Source: Bacillota bacterium
Lineage (GTDB): Bacteria > Bacillota > Dethiobacteria > DTU022
Reading direction: 5' to 3'
Assembly: GCA_040751775.1 (NCBI GenBank)
Contig: JBFMGD010000002.1
Span: 22,731 to 86,730, forward strand
Length of the DNA stretch: 64,000 bases
A program made the position numbers and the translations under genes. A model generated the notes under the pieces. The model did not search any database. It worked only from the letters and a program-made list of their open reading frames with translations, and was not told the DNA's origin. This document shows, one piece after another, positions 45,319-54,835 of this stretch (its first letter is position 1; every line of letters begins with the position of its first letter).

Positions 45319-46112
45319 GCCGCAATATAACCCTGGGCCAGTACCTGCCCGGCGATACTTTCATGCACCGGCTCAATCCCCGGTTTAAATTGTTGTCCCT
45401 GCTGTTCGTCCTGACAGCGCTGTTTTGGTTGAAAACTTTTACCGGTATGGGTATCCTGCTGCTCCTGTTGATCTTGCTAACCGCCGCTGCCCGGGTGCCG
45501 TACCGCTACCTGCTGCGCGGGCTGCGCCCGATTCTTTACATTATCCTCTTTACCCTGGTGATCTACCTTTTTTTCACCAAGGGGGGGGTAGTGCTGCTGC
45601 GGGTCGGTTCGGTTACCATCGAGCAGGCCGGTTTGTTTGAAGGGGTATTTATTATTGCCCGGCTGATCGCCCTGGTTACCGCTTCGATCCTGGTTACGCT
45701 GACCACAACTCCCTTAGCCTTAACCCACGGCCTGGAATTTTTCCTGGCCCCTTTTAAGTTGATTCGTCTGCCGGTCGACGAGATCGCCATGATTATGATG
45801 ATCGCCTTGCGTTTTATCCCCACATTGATGGAAGAAAGCCAGCGCCTGATGCGCGCCCAGATGGCCCGCGGGGCTGACTTTGAAACCGGCAACATTTTTC
45901 GTAAGGCGCGCAACCTGACGCCGCTGATCGTGCCTCTCTTTGTCAGCGCCTTCCGCCGGGCCGATGAACTGGCCCTGGCCATGGAAGCGCGCGGCTACCG
46001 CATCGGCGCCCGGCGCACCCGCATGCGTGAAGAGACCGTCACCTGGCGCGACTGGATCGCGGTGACTGCCCCGGCCGCCCTCCTGGCCGCGGTAATTATC
46101 TATGCTCTCTAA
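45315..46112 (+). CDS. ecfT: Energy-coupling factor transporter transmembrane protein EcfT
   Basis: Multi-TM CbiQ/EcfT family protein of 265 aa, start-stop coupled to ecfA2. Confidence 0.88.
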   Translation: MSRNITLGQYLPGDTFMHRLNPRFKLLSLLFVLTALFWLKTFTGMGILLLLLILLTAAARVPYRYLLRGLRPILYIILFTLVIYLFFTKGGVVLLRVGSVTIEQAGLFEGVFIIARLIALVTASILVTLTTTPLALTHGLEFFLAPFKLIRLPVDEIAMIMMIALRFIPTLMEESQRLMRAQMARGADFETGNIFRKARNLTPLIVPLFVSAFRRADELALAMEARGYRIGARRTRMREETVTWRDWIAVTAPAALLAAVIIYAL

Positions 46113-46148
46113 GGAATACCTTTAAGCTGCGCCAGAATTCTTTTTCCA

Positions 46149-46242
46149 GAAGCATGGGGACGGTTCTTTTGCTTCCTTAACCTATTGCCATGAAAGATTG
46201 CCCTGAGATAAAAAGGAAGCAAAAGAACCGTCCCCATGCTTC
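46149..46242. repeat. Perfect 30-bp inverted repeat (arms 46149-46178 and 46213-46242) with a 34-nt loop
   Basis: GAAGCATGGGGACGGTTCTTTTGCTTCCTT and its exact reverse complement AAGGAAGCAAAAGAACCGTCCCCATGCTTC, read directly from the sequence. No U-tract follows. Confidence 0.85.
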
Positions 46243-46286
46243 CCATACATTATAAACAGCTAAGTTCTAAAGATAGGGCAGAAATA

Positions 46287-46469
46287 ATGGTCACAACGGC
46301 CCATTGGATGGTCGCCGTGGATTGTCGATCTAATAAGCATTTAGTCCTGGTATATGGCTTTAAGGATTTTGACATCGATGAAGATACAACCTTAAAGCAT
46401 GGAGATACCTTAAGTTCCTATTTTTTTGTGGGTTTAGAGATCGCGGTAGACGAGATATTTGGGATTTAA
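46287..46469 (+). CDS. Orphan small ORF in an AT-rich island (hypothetical, ~60-77 aa)
   Basis: ORF 46236..46469 (internal ATG 46287 is more plausible). GC content is visibly lower than the flanks. No strong RBS and no recognisable family. It begins inside the right arm of the 30-bp inverted repeat. Confidence 0.3.
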   Translation: MVTTAHWMVAVDCRSNKHLVLVYGFKDFDIDEDTTLKHGDTLSSYFFVGLEIAVDEIFGI

Positions 46470-46511
46470 GCGGCCATATTATACCGGTAGGCCAAGAACA
46501 GGGAGCATATC

Positions 46512-47252
46512 ATGCAGAACATTCGCCTAGAAATAACCTATGACGGTACAGCTTACAGCGGTTTTCAGATCCAGGAGAACGCGCCCACGATCCAGGGGGA
46601 GTTGGAGCGTGCCCTGGTTACTATCTATAAACAGAAGGTGCGTCTGATCGGGGCCGGCCGCACCGATGCCGGTGTGCATGCCCGGGGACAGGCGGCTCAT
46701 TTCATCGCTCCTTTTACTGTGCCGCTTGAGCGGCTGCCCGCTGCGCTTAATTCACTGCTCGGTTCAGATATCGTGGTTACAGATGCGGCAGCTGTTTCAC
46801 CGGACTTCCATGCCCGCCACGATGCCAAGCGAAAACTCTACAGTTATACTTTAGACCGGGCGCTTTACCCCCGGGTGATGCTGCGTCGTTTCAGTTTGCA
46901 CTATCCCGAACCGTTGGATCTTGAACGTATAGTGGAAGCAGCCTCTCTTCTGGAAGGGAAGCACGATTTCCGTGCTTTCCAGGCCGCGGGTAGCGCGGTC
47001 CGGGATACGGTGCGCACGCTGCACCGGGTGGAGTTGCGAAATCTGCAGGACGAACAGCTGTTGAAACTTTTTTTTGAGGGAGACGGCTTTCTCTACCGGA
47101 TGGTGCGCTTGCTTACAGGGAGCCTGCTCAGGGTGGGCGCGGGGAAACTGGACCGGGCCGATCTGGCTGCGGCGTTGAGAGGTCAAAACCGCGCCGCGGC
47201 CGGCCCGACCGCCCCGCCGCACGGGCTATGCCTGGAACGGGTTGTCTATTGA
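46512..47252 (+). CDS. truA: tRNA pseudouridine(38-40) synthase
   Basis: MQNIRLEITYDGTAYSGFQIQ...IGAGRTDAGVHARGQ, with the catalytic Asp in GRTDAGVHA. Conserved position after ecfT. Confidence 0.9.
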   Translation: MQNIRLEITYDGTAYSGFQIQENAPTIQGELERALVTIYKQKVRLIGAGRTDAGVHARGQAAHFIAPFTVPLERLPAALNSLLGSDIVVTDAAAVSPDFHARHDAKRKLYSYTLDRALYPRVMLRRFSLHYPEPLDLERIVEAASLLEGKHDFRAFQAAGSAVRDTVRTLHRVELRNLQDEQLLKLFFEGDGFLYRMVRLLTGSLLRVGAGKLDRADLAAALRGQNRAAAGPTAPPHGLCLERVVY

Positions 47253-47267
47253 TTTTAAACGTTTTTT

Positions 47268-47300
47268 GCTTGACAAGCGCTTCATTTGTATATAAAATGA
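47268..47300 (+). promoter_or_regulatory. Sigma-A promoter for rplM-rpsI (TTGACA-17-TAAAAT)
   Basis: TTGACAAGCGCTTCATTTGTATATAAAAT lies upstream of rplM. Confidence 0.5.
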
Positions 47301-47340
47301 TATTTGTGACTGATTGAGGAAGGATAAGGGGAGGGAAGAA

Positions 47341-47808
47341 ATGCGCACCACATACATGGCTAAACCCCAAGAGATCAAACGTCACTGGTATATTATCGAT
47401 GCAGCGGGACGTCCACTTGGGCGGGTGGCAACGGAAGCGGCCAGACTGCTCAGGGGTAAACACAAAGCCATCTTTACCCCCCATATCGATACAGGCGACC
47501 ATGTGATTGTGTTGAACGCTTCCCGGGTTATTTTAACCGGAAACAAATCACAGCAGAAGTTTTATTACCGCCATTCCGGGTATCCCGGCGGATTGAAAAA
47601 AGTTGACTACGCCACCTTGCTGGCGGAGAACCCCGAGAAAGCGGTCTACTTGGCCGTCCGGGGCATGCTGCCCCATAATCGGTTGGGACGGGCTATCCTC
47701 AAAAAGTTGAGGGTCTACCGCGACTTGCAGCATCCCCATGAGGCCCAGGGACCCCTGACCTGGGGCGAAGAGCCGGCAGAAGCAAAGAAAGGAGGCCGTA
47801 GCTCTTGA
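47341..47808 (+). CDS. rplM: 50S ribosomal protein L13
   Basis: [42 protein letters not shown] canonical. ATG 47341 follows GGGGAGGGAAG; the track's extension is rejected. Confidence 0.95.
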   Translation: MRTTYMAKPQEIKRHWYIIDAAGRPLGRVATEAARLLRGKHKAIFTPHIDTGDHVIVLNASRVILTGNKSQQKFYYRHSGYPGGLKKVDYATLLAENPEKAVYLAVRGMLPHNRLGRAILKKLRVYRDLQHPHEAQGPLTWGEEPAEAKKGGRSS

Positions 47809-48197
47809 GTGAAGTTCAGTACATGGGTACAGGACGCCGTAAAGAATCGGTAGCCCGGGTGCGTCTCGTGCCGGGCAGCGGCCGGATTATGATCAACGGC
47901 AAGCATATGGACCAGTACTTCGGGTTGGAAACGCTAAAACTGATCGTTCGCCAACCGATGGCGGCCACGGAAACCCTGGAACGCTTTGACGTAATCGCCA
48001 AGGTAAAGGGAGGCGGTTTCTCCGGTCAGGCCGGAGCCATTCGCCACGGTATTGCCCGGGCGCTGTTACAGGCTGACGGCGAGTACCGCCCGGTGTTGAA
48101 AAAGAGCGGTTACCTGACACGCGATCCGCGAATGAAAGAGCGTAAGAAATACGGCTTGAAAAAAGCCCGCCGCGCTCCGCAATTCTCCAAGCGATAA
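47805..48197 (+). CDS. rpsI: 30S ribosomal protein S9
   Basis: Canonical S9 ending ...[12 protein letters not shown]; TTG start overlaps the rplM stop. Confidence 0.95.
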   Translation: MSEVQYMGTGRRKESVARVRLVPGSGRIMINGKHMDQYFGLETLKLIVRQPMAATETLERFDVIAKVKGGGFSGQAGAIRHGIARALLQADGEYRPVLKKSGYLTRDPRMKERKKYGLKKARRAPQFSKR

Positions 48198-48221
48198 TTT
48201 TCTATACCGAACCGGTAAAAC

Positions 48222-48253
48222 GGGGCAGCCCAAGCGGCTGCCTTTTGTATTTA
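48222..48253 (+). terminator. Intrinsic terminator after rpsI
   Basis: GGCAGCC-caagc-GGCTGCC hairpin plus TTTTGTATTT. Confidence 0.7.
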
Positions 48254-48321
48254 TCGAGGGTGCCTCTCTCTCACACCCTGCTCCACTACCCGCCTTACCT
48301 GTAAGGGGAGCGGTTATAAGT

Positions 48322-51300
48322 TTGGCCTTGATTGACCGGGCAGGGAATTTTCACCGGACAATCGAATATCTTACTATGTCCAAAATATACCTCGGATCGT
48401 CTAATTTACTGGAAAAACAGCTTTCCAGCGATATCGCTGCTTTAAAGAAGGGCAATCCTTTTCACCCTGTGGTGGTGCTGGTGGAGAGCAACCTGGCCGG
48501 TGTGCAGCTGCGCCGTTCGCTGGCCGGGCATATGGGCAGTCACTGCCGGGTTCGCTTCCTCACTTTTCCCGATCTGATAGACTTCCTCTGCCGTTTGCAT
48601 GACAGCACTTCAGGAGAACCGCTGCCTCTGTTCGCCGAGGATTGGCTGGTTGCTTTAACCGCCCGGCAGGCGGAGCAGGGCTATTTTGCCCCGGTGGCCG
48701 GGCGCCCTGGTTTTAGCCGGGCGCTGCTGGAGACATTTCGCAGTCTTGAGGAAGCGGGTCTGGATCAAATTATTTCCGGCGGCGCTGACTTTACTGAAAA
48801 ACAGGCCGAGTTGGCGCGGTTATTTGACTTCTACCGCGTCAGCTGCCGGGGTTTCCTGAATAAAACCGCTGCTGTTGAATTGGCCCGGCGGACTCTATCC
48901 GGCGCGTCCCCCTTTGCGCTTTACTGCTACGGCTATTATCGCTTTTCACCGCTTGAACTGACCCTGCTTGCAGAACTGATTGAGCGCCTGCCTGTGACTG
49001 TATACTGGCAGGAGACGGCGCGGCGCTTCCCGGTGAGCGAGCGCAGCATGGATTGGTACAGCAAGCGCGGCTTTCAGCCGGTTGAACTGGCCGTACCGGA
49101 CAACCAGGCTTGTTCCAATCTTAAATTACTGCAGCGCTCTCTCTTTGCCCCTGCTGCCGGCAGCCGGCCTTCCCGTACGGCGGATAGCTCGCTGCAGTTT
49201 ATTTGTGCTCCGGATGAAGTGAGGGAAGTAGAGGAAATTACCCGGGAAATAGCGGCTCTCGCCGGAAGAGGCACTCCTTTTAGAGAGATAGCGGTGGCTG
49301 TAAAAGACCCTTCCTATGCCGACCTGGTTGAGAACATGCTGGCCGGGGCCGGCATACCGGTATATCTGGCCGGCGGGATACCCCTGGCGCGTTCCCGGGA
49401 GGGAAAAGCGCTGCTTCTTTTTATCGAACTGATCAGCAGCGAGTATGCTCGGGCCCAGGTGATGGAGTTGGCCGCTTATGTTCCCTGTAATTTTCAGGCG
49501 CTGCTCAAAACCGCGGATCCGGTCAGCCCGGCCTATTGGGATATGCTTACCGTGGAGGCGGGCCTAATCGGGGGGCGTGAGAACTGGCTTCCCGTGCTGC
49601 AAAATTTTTATAATAAATTGCTTAATAGATTAAAGGAGGCGGATCCGTCTGATCCCGGCCGCGCGCCGGACGATACCCGCGATCGCCTGAAGGCGTTAAA
49701 GCAGCTGCAGTTATTCCTGGAGATTCTTTTTACCGCGGCGCGTGCTGTCCCTCTTAAAGGTTCTTGGCTCGAAATCTGCAGTGCCCTGAAGGAATTTGTC
49801 CGGCAATTTTTAATGCGCTCTCCGGAACAGCAGGTTTTGCTCAGACTGCTCGGGCATCTCGGCGCTCTTGATCGCTTCCCGGGAAAAGTTACGTTGCAAG
49901 CGGCCCGGGACTTGATGGGGCGCGCTCTGCAGTCGACTACCCTGCCCCGGGGCAGATTTCAGCGAGACGGGGTCAATATCCTGCCAATTACCGCACTATC
50001 CGGCATCCGTTTCCAGGTTGTATTTCTGCCCGGACTGATCGAGAGTAACTACCCCGCGCCACTTCGCCTTGATCCGCTGTTATCCGAGGCGGAACGTGAC
50101 GCCATTACCGGTCTGCCGTCGAACCGTACGGAACAGCTTTCGCAGGATGCCTTCAGCTTCACCCTCGCTTTGTGTGCCGCGTCGGAGCGAGCAATTCTAT
50201 CCTGGCCCCGGGTCAGCGCCGCCGGAAACCGGGAGCTGCTGCCTTCTTTTTATCTCTCCCGTGCCGGTGAACTGCTTCTGGGCTATCGACCCGCTTTGGG
50301 GCAACTCGATCGGTTGCCCGGTTACCGGCGTCTGCCCGGCGGTGATCACTATCTGGAGAGGCTGCGGGCCGTTCTCGATTCCGATTTTGATCAAGCTGCC
50401 TGCCGGCAGCTGCTCCCGCCGCAGCGGCCCGAGCACTACCTGGCCCGTTTGTCACCTCTTCTCGCGCGGCTGCTTGAGTTTGATCTTTCCCGGCGTTTAT
50501 CCGATTTGACGCCTTATCAAGGCATCATTAAACCAGCCGGCAGCAGCCGTGTCGTCTCCGGTGTTGGCCGCGCGGTTACTACCTTGGAGGAGTATGCCCG
50601 GTGTCCCTATGCCTATTTTTTGACGCATCAGTTGAATCTTAACGCTTTCGAGGATCCGGCAGAAGCCTTGGGATTAAACCCGGGCCGGCGTGGCCTTCTA
50701 CTGCATCGGATCCTGGAACAGTTTTATCGCCAAAGCCGGCTGCAGGGGCTGCTGCCTGTGCATCGTTTTCCCGCGGAAAACCGGGCTCTCCTGGCTTCGG
50801 TCTGCGGCCGCCAGTTTACCGAATATGCGGCGCGTTACCCGCTGCCGGTTGAGATGCTCTGGGAGCTGCAGCAGCGGGAGCTTTTGGAAGTAGCGCAGGC
50901 GTTGCTGTCATGGGAAATAGATAATGGGGAAGCCTGTCTACCCGAGTATCTTGAACACCCCTTCGGCATGGAAGACGGTTCGGAAAGCCGGACCAGCTTT
51001 TACCTTCTGGACGGGGAAAGACTGGTTCTGCGGGGACGGATCGATCGGATCGACCGCTGCGGCGAGAAAGTGCGCGTGATCGACTATAAATCGGGCCGCA
51101 AAAAAGGCCGGGATGACAGCCTGGAGGGGGGTACGGCGCTGCAGCTGCCGCTATACCTGTTGGCGGCTGCGGACGCGCTGGGTTTAGCCGATCTCGCACG
51201 GGCGGAAGCGTGTGCTTATTACCTGGCCGGTGACGGCGTCAAACCGGTGCGCTTCTCCGGTCATAACTGGCCGGAAAAAGAAGAAACTTTACATAAAACG

Positions 51301-51489
51301 CTAAGCGTAATCCTCAGCGGCATCCTGGGCGGGCTCTATTTCCCATATCCGGGAGAGAGTGGCGAAAACTGCCGTTATTGCCCCTATAAAACCGTCTGCG
51401 GGCCGGAGATTACCGGCCTGTTTCACGGCAAATCCCGGGATCCCCGGCTGGCGGATTTTTTAAGCCTGAAAGAAATCGGGGGACAGTAA
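48322..51489 (+). CDS. addB: ATP-dependent helicase/deoxyribonuclease subunit B (AddB/RexB-like) lacking a Walker A motif
   Basis: 1055 aa. The C-terminal PD-(D/E)XK nuclease domain has RecB-like motifs (GRIDRIDRCGEKVRVIDYKSG) and Cys residues for an Fe-S cluster (ARCPYAYF ... CRYCPYKTVC). The N-terminal helicase-like domain has no GxxGxGKT/S. Start may be the internal M at 48376. Stop overlaps the addA start (TAATG). Confidence 0.75.
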   Translation: MALIDRAGNFHRTIEYLTMSKIYLGSSNLLEKQLSSDIAALKKGNPFHPVVVLVESNLAGVQLRRSLAGHMGSHCRVRFLTFPDLIDFLCRLHDSTSGEPLPLFAEDWLVALTARQAEQGYFAPVAGRPGFSRALLETFRSLEEAGLDQIISGGADFTEKQAELARLFDFYRVSCRGFLNKTAAVELARRTLSGASPFALYCYGYYRFSPLELTLLAELIERLPVTVYWQETARRFPVSERSMDWYSKRGFQPVELAVPDNQACSNLKLLQRSLFAPAAGSRPSRTADSSLQFICAPDEVREVEEITREIAALAGRGTPFREIAVAVKDPSYADLVENMLAGAGIPVYLAGGIPLARSREGKALLLFIELISSEYARAQVMELAAYVPCNFQALLKTADPVSPAYWDMLTVEAGLIGGRENWLPVLQNFYNKLLNRLKEADPSDPGRAPDDTRDRLKALKQLQLFLEILFTAARAVPLKGSWLEICSALKEFVRQFLMRSPEQQVLLRLLGHLGALDRFPGKVTLQAARDLMGRALQSTTLPRGRFQRDGVNILPITALSGIRFQVVFLPGLIESNYPAPLRLDPLLSEAERDAITGLPSNRTEQLSQDAFSFTLALCAASERAILSWPRVSAAGNRELLPSFYLSRAGELLLGYRPALGQLDRLPGYRRLPGGDHYLERLRAVLDSDFDQAACRQLLPPQRPEHYLARLSPLLARLLEFDLSRRLSDLTPYQGIIKPAGSSRVVSGVGRAVTTLEEYARCPYAYFLTHQLNLNAFEDPAEALGLNPGRRGLLLHRILEQFYRQSRLQGLLPVHRFPAENRALLASVCGRQFTEYAARYPLPVEMLWELQQRELLEVAQALLSWEIDNGEACLPEYLEHPFGMEDGSESRTSFYLLDGERLVLRGRIDRIDRCGEKVRVIDYKSGRKKGRDDSLEGGTALQLPLYLLAAADALGLADLARAEACAYYLAGDGVKPVRFSGHNWPEKEETLHKTLSVILSGILGGLYFPYPGESGENCRYCPYKTVCGPEITGLFHGKSRDPRLADFLSLKEIGGQ

Positions 51490-54400
51490 TGCGAAGGGAG
51501 ACCGCGTTCTTGACAGGGGAACATAAACTGCCCAAAAGACTGGTGGACGAAAGAGAACGCCGCCTGGCGGCCGAAGACCTGACCAAAAATTACTGGGTAG
51601 AAGCGGGAGCGGGGACCGGAAAAACAACGCTGTTGATCAGCCGGCTACTCAATATTGTGCTCAACGACCATGCCGGCCTGGATCAAGTTGCCGCGATCAC
51701 TTTTACGGAGAAAGCGGCAGGTGAACTGAAGGTTCGCCTGCGCGAGGCGCTCGAACAGCGTCTCGACACCGGCGGCGACCGGCAAAAAGCGCTGATCACC
51801 AGGGCGTTGGAGGAGTTGGAAACAGCCTCGATTACCACGATTCACTCCTTCGCTGCCGGCCTGCTGCGCGAGCGGCCTGTCGAAGCCGCCGTTGATCCCC
51901 GGTTTGATATCATCAGCGGCGGTGACCTGCAGGATCTGCTGGATAAAACCTGGGACCGCTGGCTGGCCGCCCAACTGGGCCAAAAAGCTCAGCCTTTAGA
52001 GCGAGCTCTTTTGCTAGGTTGCAGCCCGGATCAATTGAAGCAGCTTGGCCTAACCTTATACCAGCAGCGAGATCTGGTGCTGGCCGGTTCCTGCCCGGAA
52101 CCACCGGATTTGCTGCCGGCTTTCCAGGCCGGGCTGGCCGATTTTTTGCGCCGCCTGGAAGAACTGATCCCCGATTGCCTCGACCATGCCGATCAGGGCT
52201 ATAAGCTGCTCACCGCTGTTATGGCCCAAGGCCGCGCCTTTACAGCAGTACAGGCGCGACTGCTTCAAGAGCGGTTTATCCTGAACGCTTTTCCCAAGAT
52301 CGCCGCCAAGGGGAATAAAACCAGGTGGAGCCCTCCTGAAAGCTGCACCCGGCAAAAGGAGCTCTGCTGCGACCTGGCCGATTCTTTGCTGAAAGTGCAG
52401 CAATCGATCGCCGGCCGCTTGGTCGCGGATTTGGTGCAGTGGCTGCACGGCTTTCTCGAAGTGATGGAAACGGCTAAAAATGGCGCTCTCGACTTTCAGG
52501 ATCTGCTGCTTAAAGCACGCGACCTGCTGCGCGACGTCCTGCCCGCGCGGCAATACTTCCAGCAGCGCTACCGCTTTCTCCTGGTCGATGAATTTCAGGA
52601 TACGGACCCCTTGCAGGTTGACCTGGTCTACCTTCTCGCCGAGCAGGTTCCCCTGGCCGATGCCTGGCAAAATGTCGTGCCGGTCCCGGGGAAGCTGTTC
52701 CTGGTGGGCGACCCCAAGCAGTCAATTTATCGTTTCCGGCGCGCCGATATCGAAATTTACCAGGCCGCCGGTAATCTTTTGAAAAGCCATGGTGAAAAAC
52801 TTGCGATCACGCAGAATTTCCGGACCCTGCCGGCCCTGATCGACTGGGTGAATCGCTGCTTCTCTGAATTAATCCAACCCTTGGGGCAATATCAGCCCGC
52901 CTATATTCCTTTGCAACCCTATCGCGACGATACGGGCGAACCGGCGCTGGTGCTTCTTGAGCCCTCAGAAGACCTGGCCCATGCTTCCGCCGCCGCGGTG
53001 CGTGCCGCCGAGGCGGACGCGGTGGCCGGCTGGATCGAATCGGCCGTGGGCTGCTGGCCCGTCAGCAACAGTGAAGGCTCTGAGCGCCGCCTGGCCTACG
53101 GCGATCTGGCCCTGCTGTTCCCCACCTTTACCGGGCTCCATATCTATGAAGAAGCGTTAAACCGCCGCGGCATACCCTATCGCCTCGAGGGGGGAAAGCG
53201 TTTCTTTTTACGGGAAGAGATCAACGCGCTGAAGAATCTGCTTACAGTGATCGATAACCCCTATAATCAAATTGCCCTGGTAGCGGCGCTGCGTTACTGG
53301 TCCGGCATTTCGGATGCCGAGCTCTACCGTTACCGGAGCGTCGGGGGCGAACTAAGCTACTTGGCAGCTGTCCCCGCCGGTTTTCCCCTGATCGGGGAGG
53401 CCTTTAGCCTGTTTCAAGAGGCGCACCACGAACGGCATCTCCACCCGGTTTCCGCCCTGGTGGAAACGATGTTGCGGCGCACCTGGTACTGGCAGCGCTG
53501 TATGGCCTTGCCCCACGGACTGCAAAGCAGCGCCAATTTGCACAAGATCCTGGAAATAATTCGCGCCCGGGAACGGGAACAGCCTCTCACACTGCAAGGT
53601 TTCGCCCGCTGGTTGACCCGGGTGGAAGAAGAGGCGAGGGAAGAATCGGAATCGCTGATCCACGATCCGGGCGGCGACGTCGTTCAACTGTTGACAATCC
53701 ATAAGGCCAAGGGGTTGGAGTATCCCGCTGTTTGCCTGGTCAATCTCTCCGGGGGCCGGGGAGGCCGCGAAAACTTCCTGGCTGATCGCCTGAAGCAGCG
53801 CTTTTATGTACGCGTCAATCAACAGTTGACCGGGGCGGGATTTACCGAGGCGCTGGAACAAGAGAAACACCGTCAGAAAGCCGAAGAAATGCGGCTGCTC
53901 TACGTGGCCGCGACCCGGGCCAGGGACTACTTGATTTTGCCCCGTTTCCAAAACAGGCGCGGCGGCGGTTTCTGGGATGACCTGGCCGGGCTGGAGCAGT
54001 GTATCCCTGAATTGTGGGCAGGCGCCCGGATCATCAGCGGCGCGGCGCCGGATATTCGCTCCGGCCCATCCGTCAACACCCCGCCGGCTGAGACAACTGC
54101 CGCAGATCAGGTGGAGGTAATGCTGGCGGAACGCCGGCGTTGGAAGGAGACGCTGCGCCGGGTTGTTAAACAGGGCGCCGCGCCCGGTCCGTACCACAGT
54201 GCGGGCAGCCTGGCCGGCAAGACGGAGAGCGAACAGGCGGCAGAGCTATGGGCTGATTTGGCGCCGCCCGGTGAAGAGACGCACGGGCCGGGATACCCGG
54301 CCGGCGGTGGTGATACGCTCGGCTCGGCTTTTCACCAGATCATGGAACAGGTGGTCCATCAAGCTCCGGAACAGCGCACCATTGAGCGGTTGGCTGCCAA

Positions 54401-54827
54401 AACAGCGGCATACTGGGGATTAAGCGATCACGGTGAACTGGCCCGGCTGGTGCGCAACGCTCTCGCTCATCCCTTGCTGACGAGGGTCCGCTGTTCCGAT
54501 CTGATACTGCGGGAACTGCCCTTCATGCTCAACCTTGACGGAGAATTGATCGAAGGGATTATCGACCTGCTTTTCCGGGAAGAACGCGGCCTGGTCGTCG
54601 TTGACTACAAAACGGATGCCGACACCGGGGAAGCGCATGCGCAACGTTGGGAACGTTACCGCCGCCAGGGACAGGTCTATGCCCTCGCTGTATCCGAAAT
54701 TACCGGCGAGCCGGTTAGTGAAGTCTCTTTCCTGTTTGTGCGCCGCGGCGAAGTAAAGCAGATCGAGATGCCGGATCCGGCCTTGCTCAAGGCGTCGCTG
54801 CGGAAGATCCTAAAACAGGGAGGGTAA
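51489..54827 (+). CDS. addA: ATP-dependent helicase/nuclease subunit A (AddA; UvrD-like SF1 helicase plus C-terminal PD-(D/E)XK nuclease)
   Basis: Walker A AGAGTGKTT, helicase motifs DEFQDTDPLQ, GDPKQSIYRFRRAD, IHKAKGLEYP, VAATRARDYL. C-terminal nuclease motif IDLLFREERGLVVVDYKTD. 1112 aa. Confidence 0.8.
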   Translation: MRRETAFLTGEHKLPKRLVDERERRLAAEDLTKNYWVEAGAGTGKTTLLISRLLNIVLNDHAGLDQVAAITFTEKAAGELKVRLREALEQRLDTGGDRQKALITRALEELETASITTIHSFAAGLLRERPVEAAVDPRFDIISGGDLQDLLDKTWDRWLAAQLGQKAQPLERALLLGCSPDQLKQLGLTLYQQRDLVLAGSCPEPPDLLPAFQAGLADFLRRLEELIPDCLDHADQGYKLLTAVMAQGRAFTAVQARLLQERFILNAFPKIAAKGNKTRWSPPESCTRQKELCCDLADSLLKVQQSIAGRLVADLVQWLHGFLEVMETAKNGALDFQDLLLKARDLLRDVLPARQYFQQRYRFLLVDEFQDTDPLQVDLVYLLAEQVPLADAWQNVVPVPGKLFLVGDPKQSIYRFRRADIEIYQAAGNLLKSHGEKLAITQNFRTLPALIDWVNRCFSELIQPLGQYQPAYIPLQPYRDDTGEPALVLLEPSEDLAHASAAAVRAAEADAVAGWIESAVGCWPVSNSEGSERRLAYGDLALLFPTFTGLHIYEEALNRRGIPYRLEGGKRFFLREEINALKNLLTVIDNPYNQIALVAALRYWSGISDAELYRYRSVGGELSYLAAVPAGFPLIGEAFSLFQEAHHERHLHPVSALVETMLRRTWYWQRCMALPHGLQSSANLHKILEIIRAREREQPLTLQGFARWLTRVEEEAREESESLIHDPGGDVVQLLTIHKAKGLEYPAVCLVNLSGGRGGRENFLADRLKQRFYVRVNQQLTGAGFTEALEQEKHRQKAEEMRLLYVAATRARDYLILPRFQNRRGGGFWDDLAGLEQCIPELWAGARIISGAAPDIRSGPSVNTPPAETTAADQVEVMLAERRRWKETLRRVVKQGAAPGPYHSAGSLAGKTESEQAAELWADLAPPGEETHGPGYPAGGGDTLGSAFHQIMEQVVHQAPEQRTIERLAAKTAAYWGLSDHGELARLVRNALAHPLLTRVRCSDLILRELPFMLNLDGELIEGIIDLLFREERGLVVVDYKTDADTGEAHAQRWERYRRQGQVYALAVSEITGEPVSEVSFLFVRRGEVKQIEMPDPALLKASLRKILKQGG

Positions 54828-54835
54828 GAATATAT

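Noticed and set aside
48322-54827. AddAB pair as a novel helicase-nuclease defence system (Gabija/Hachiman-like)
   Set aside because: Subunit sizes, the AddB-specific Fe-S nuclease domain (CPxxY and CxxCxxxxxC), the UvrD-type motifs plus C-terminal RecB nuclease in AddA, and translational coupling fit canonical AddAB.
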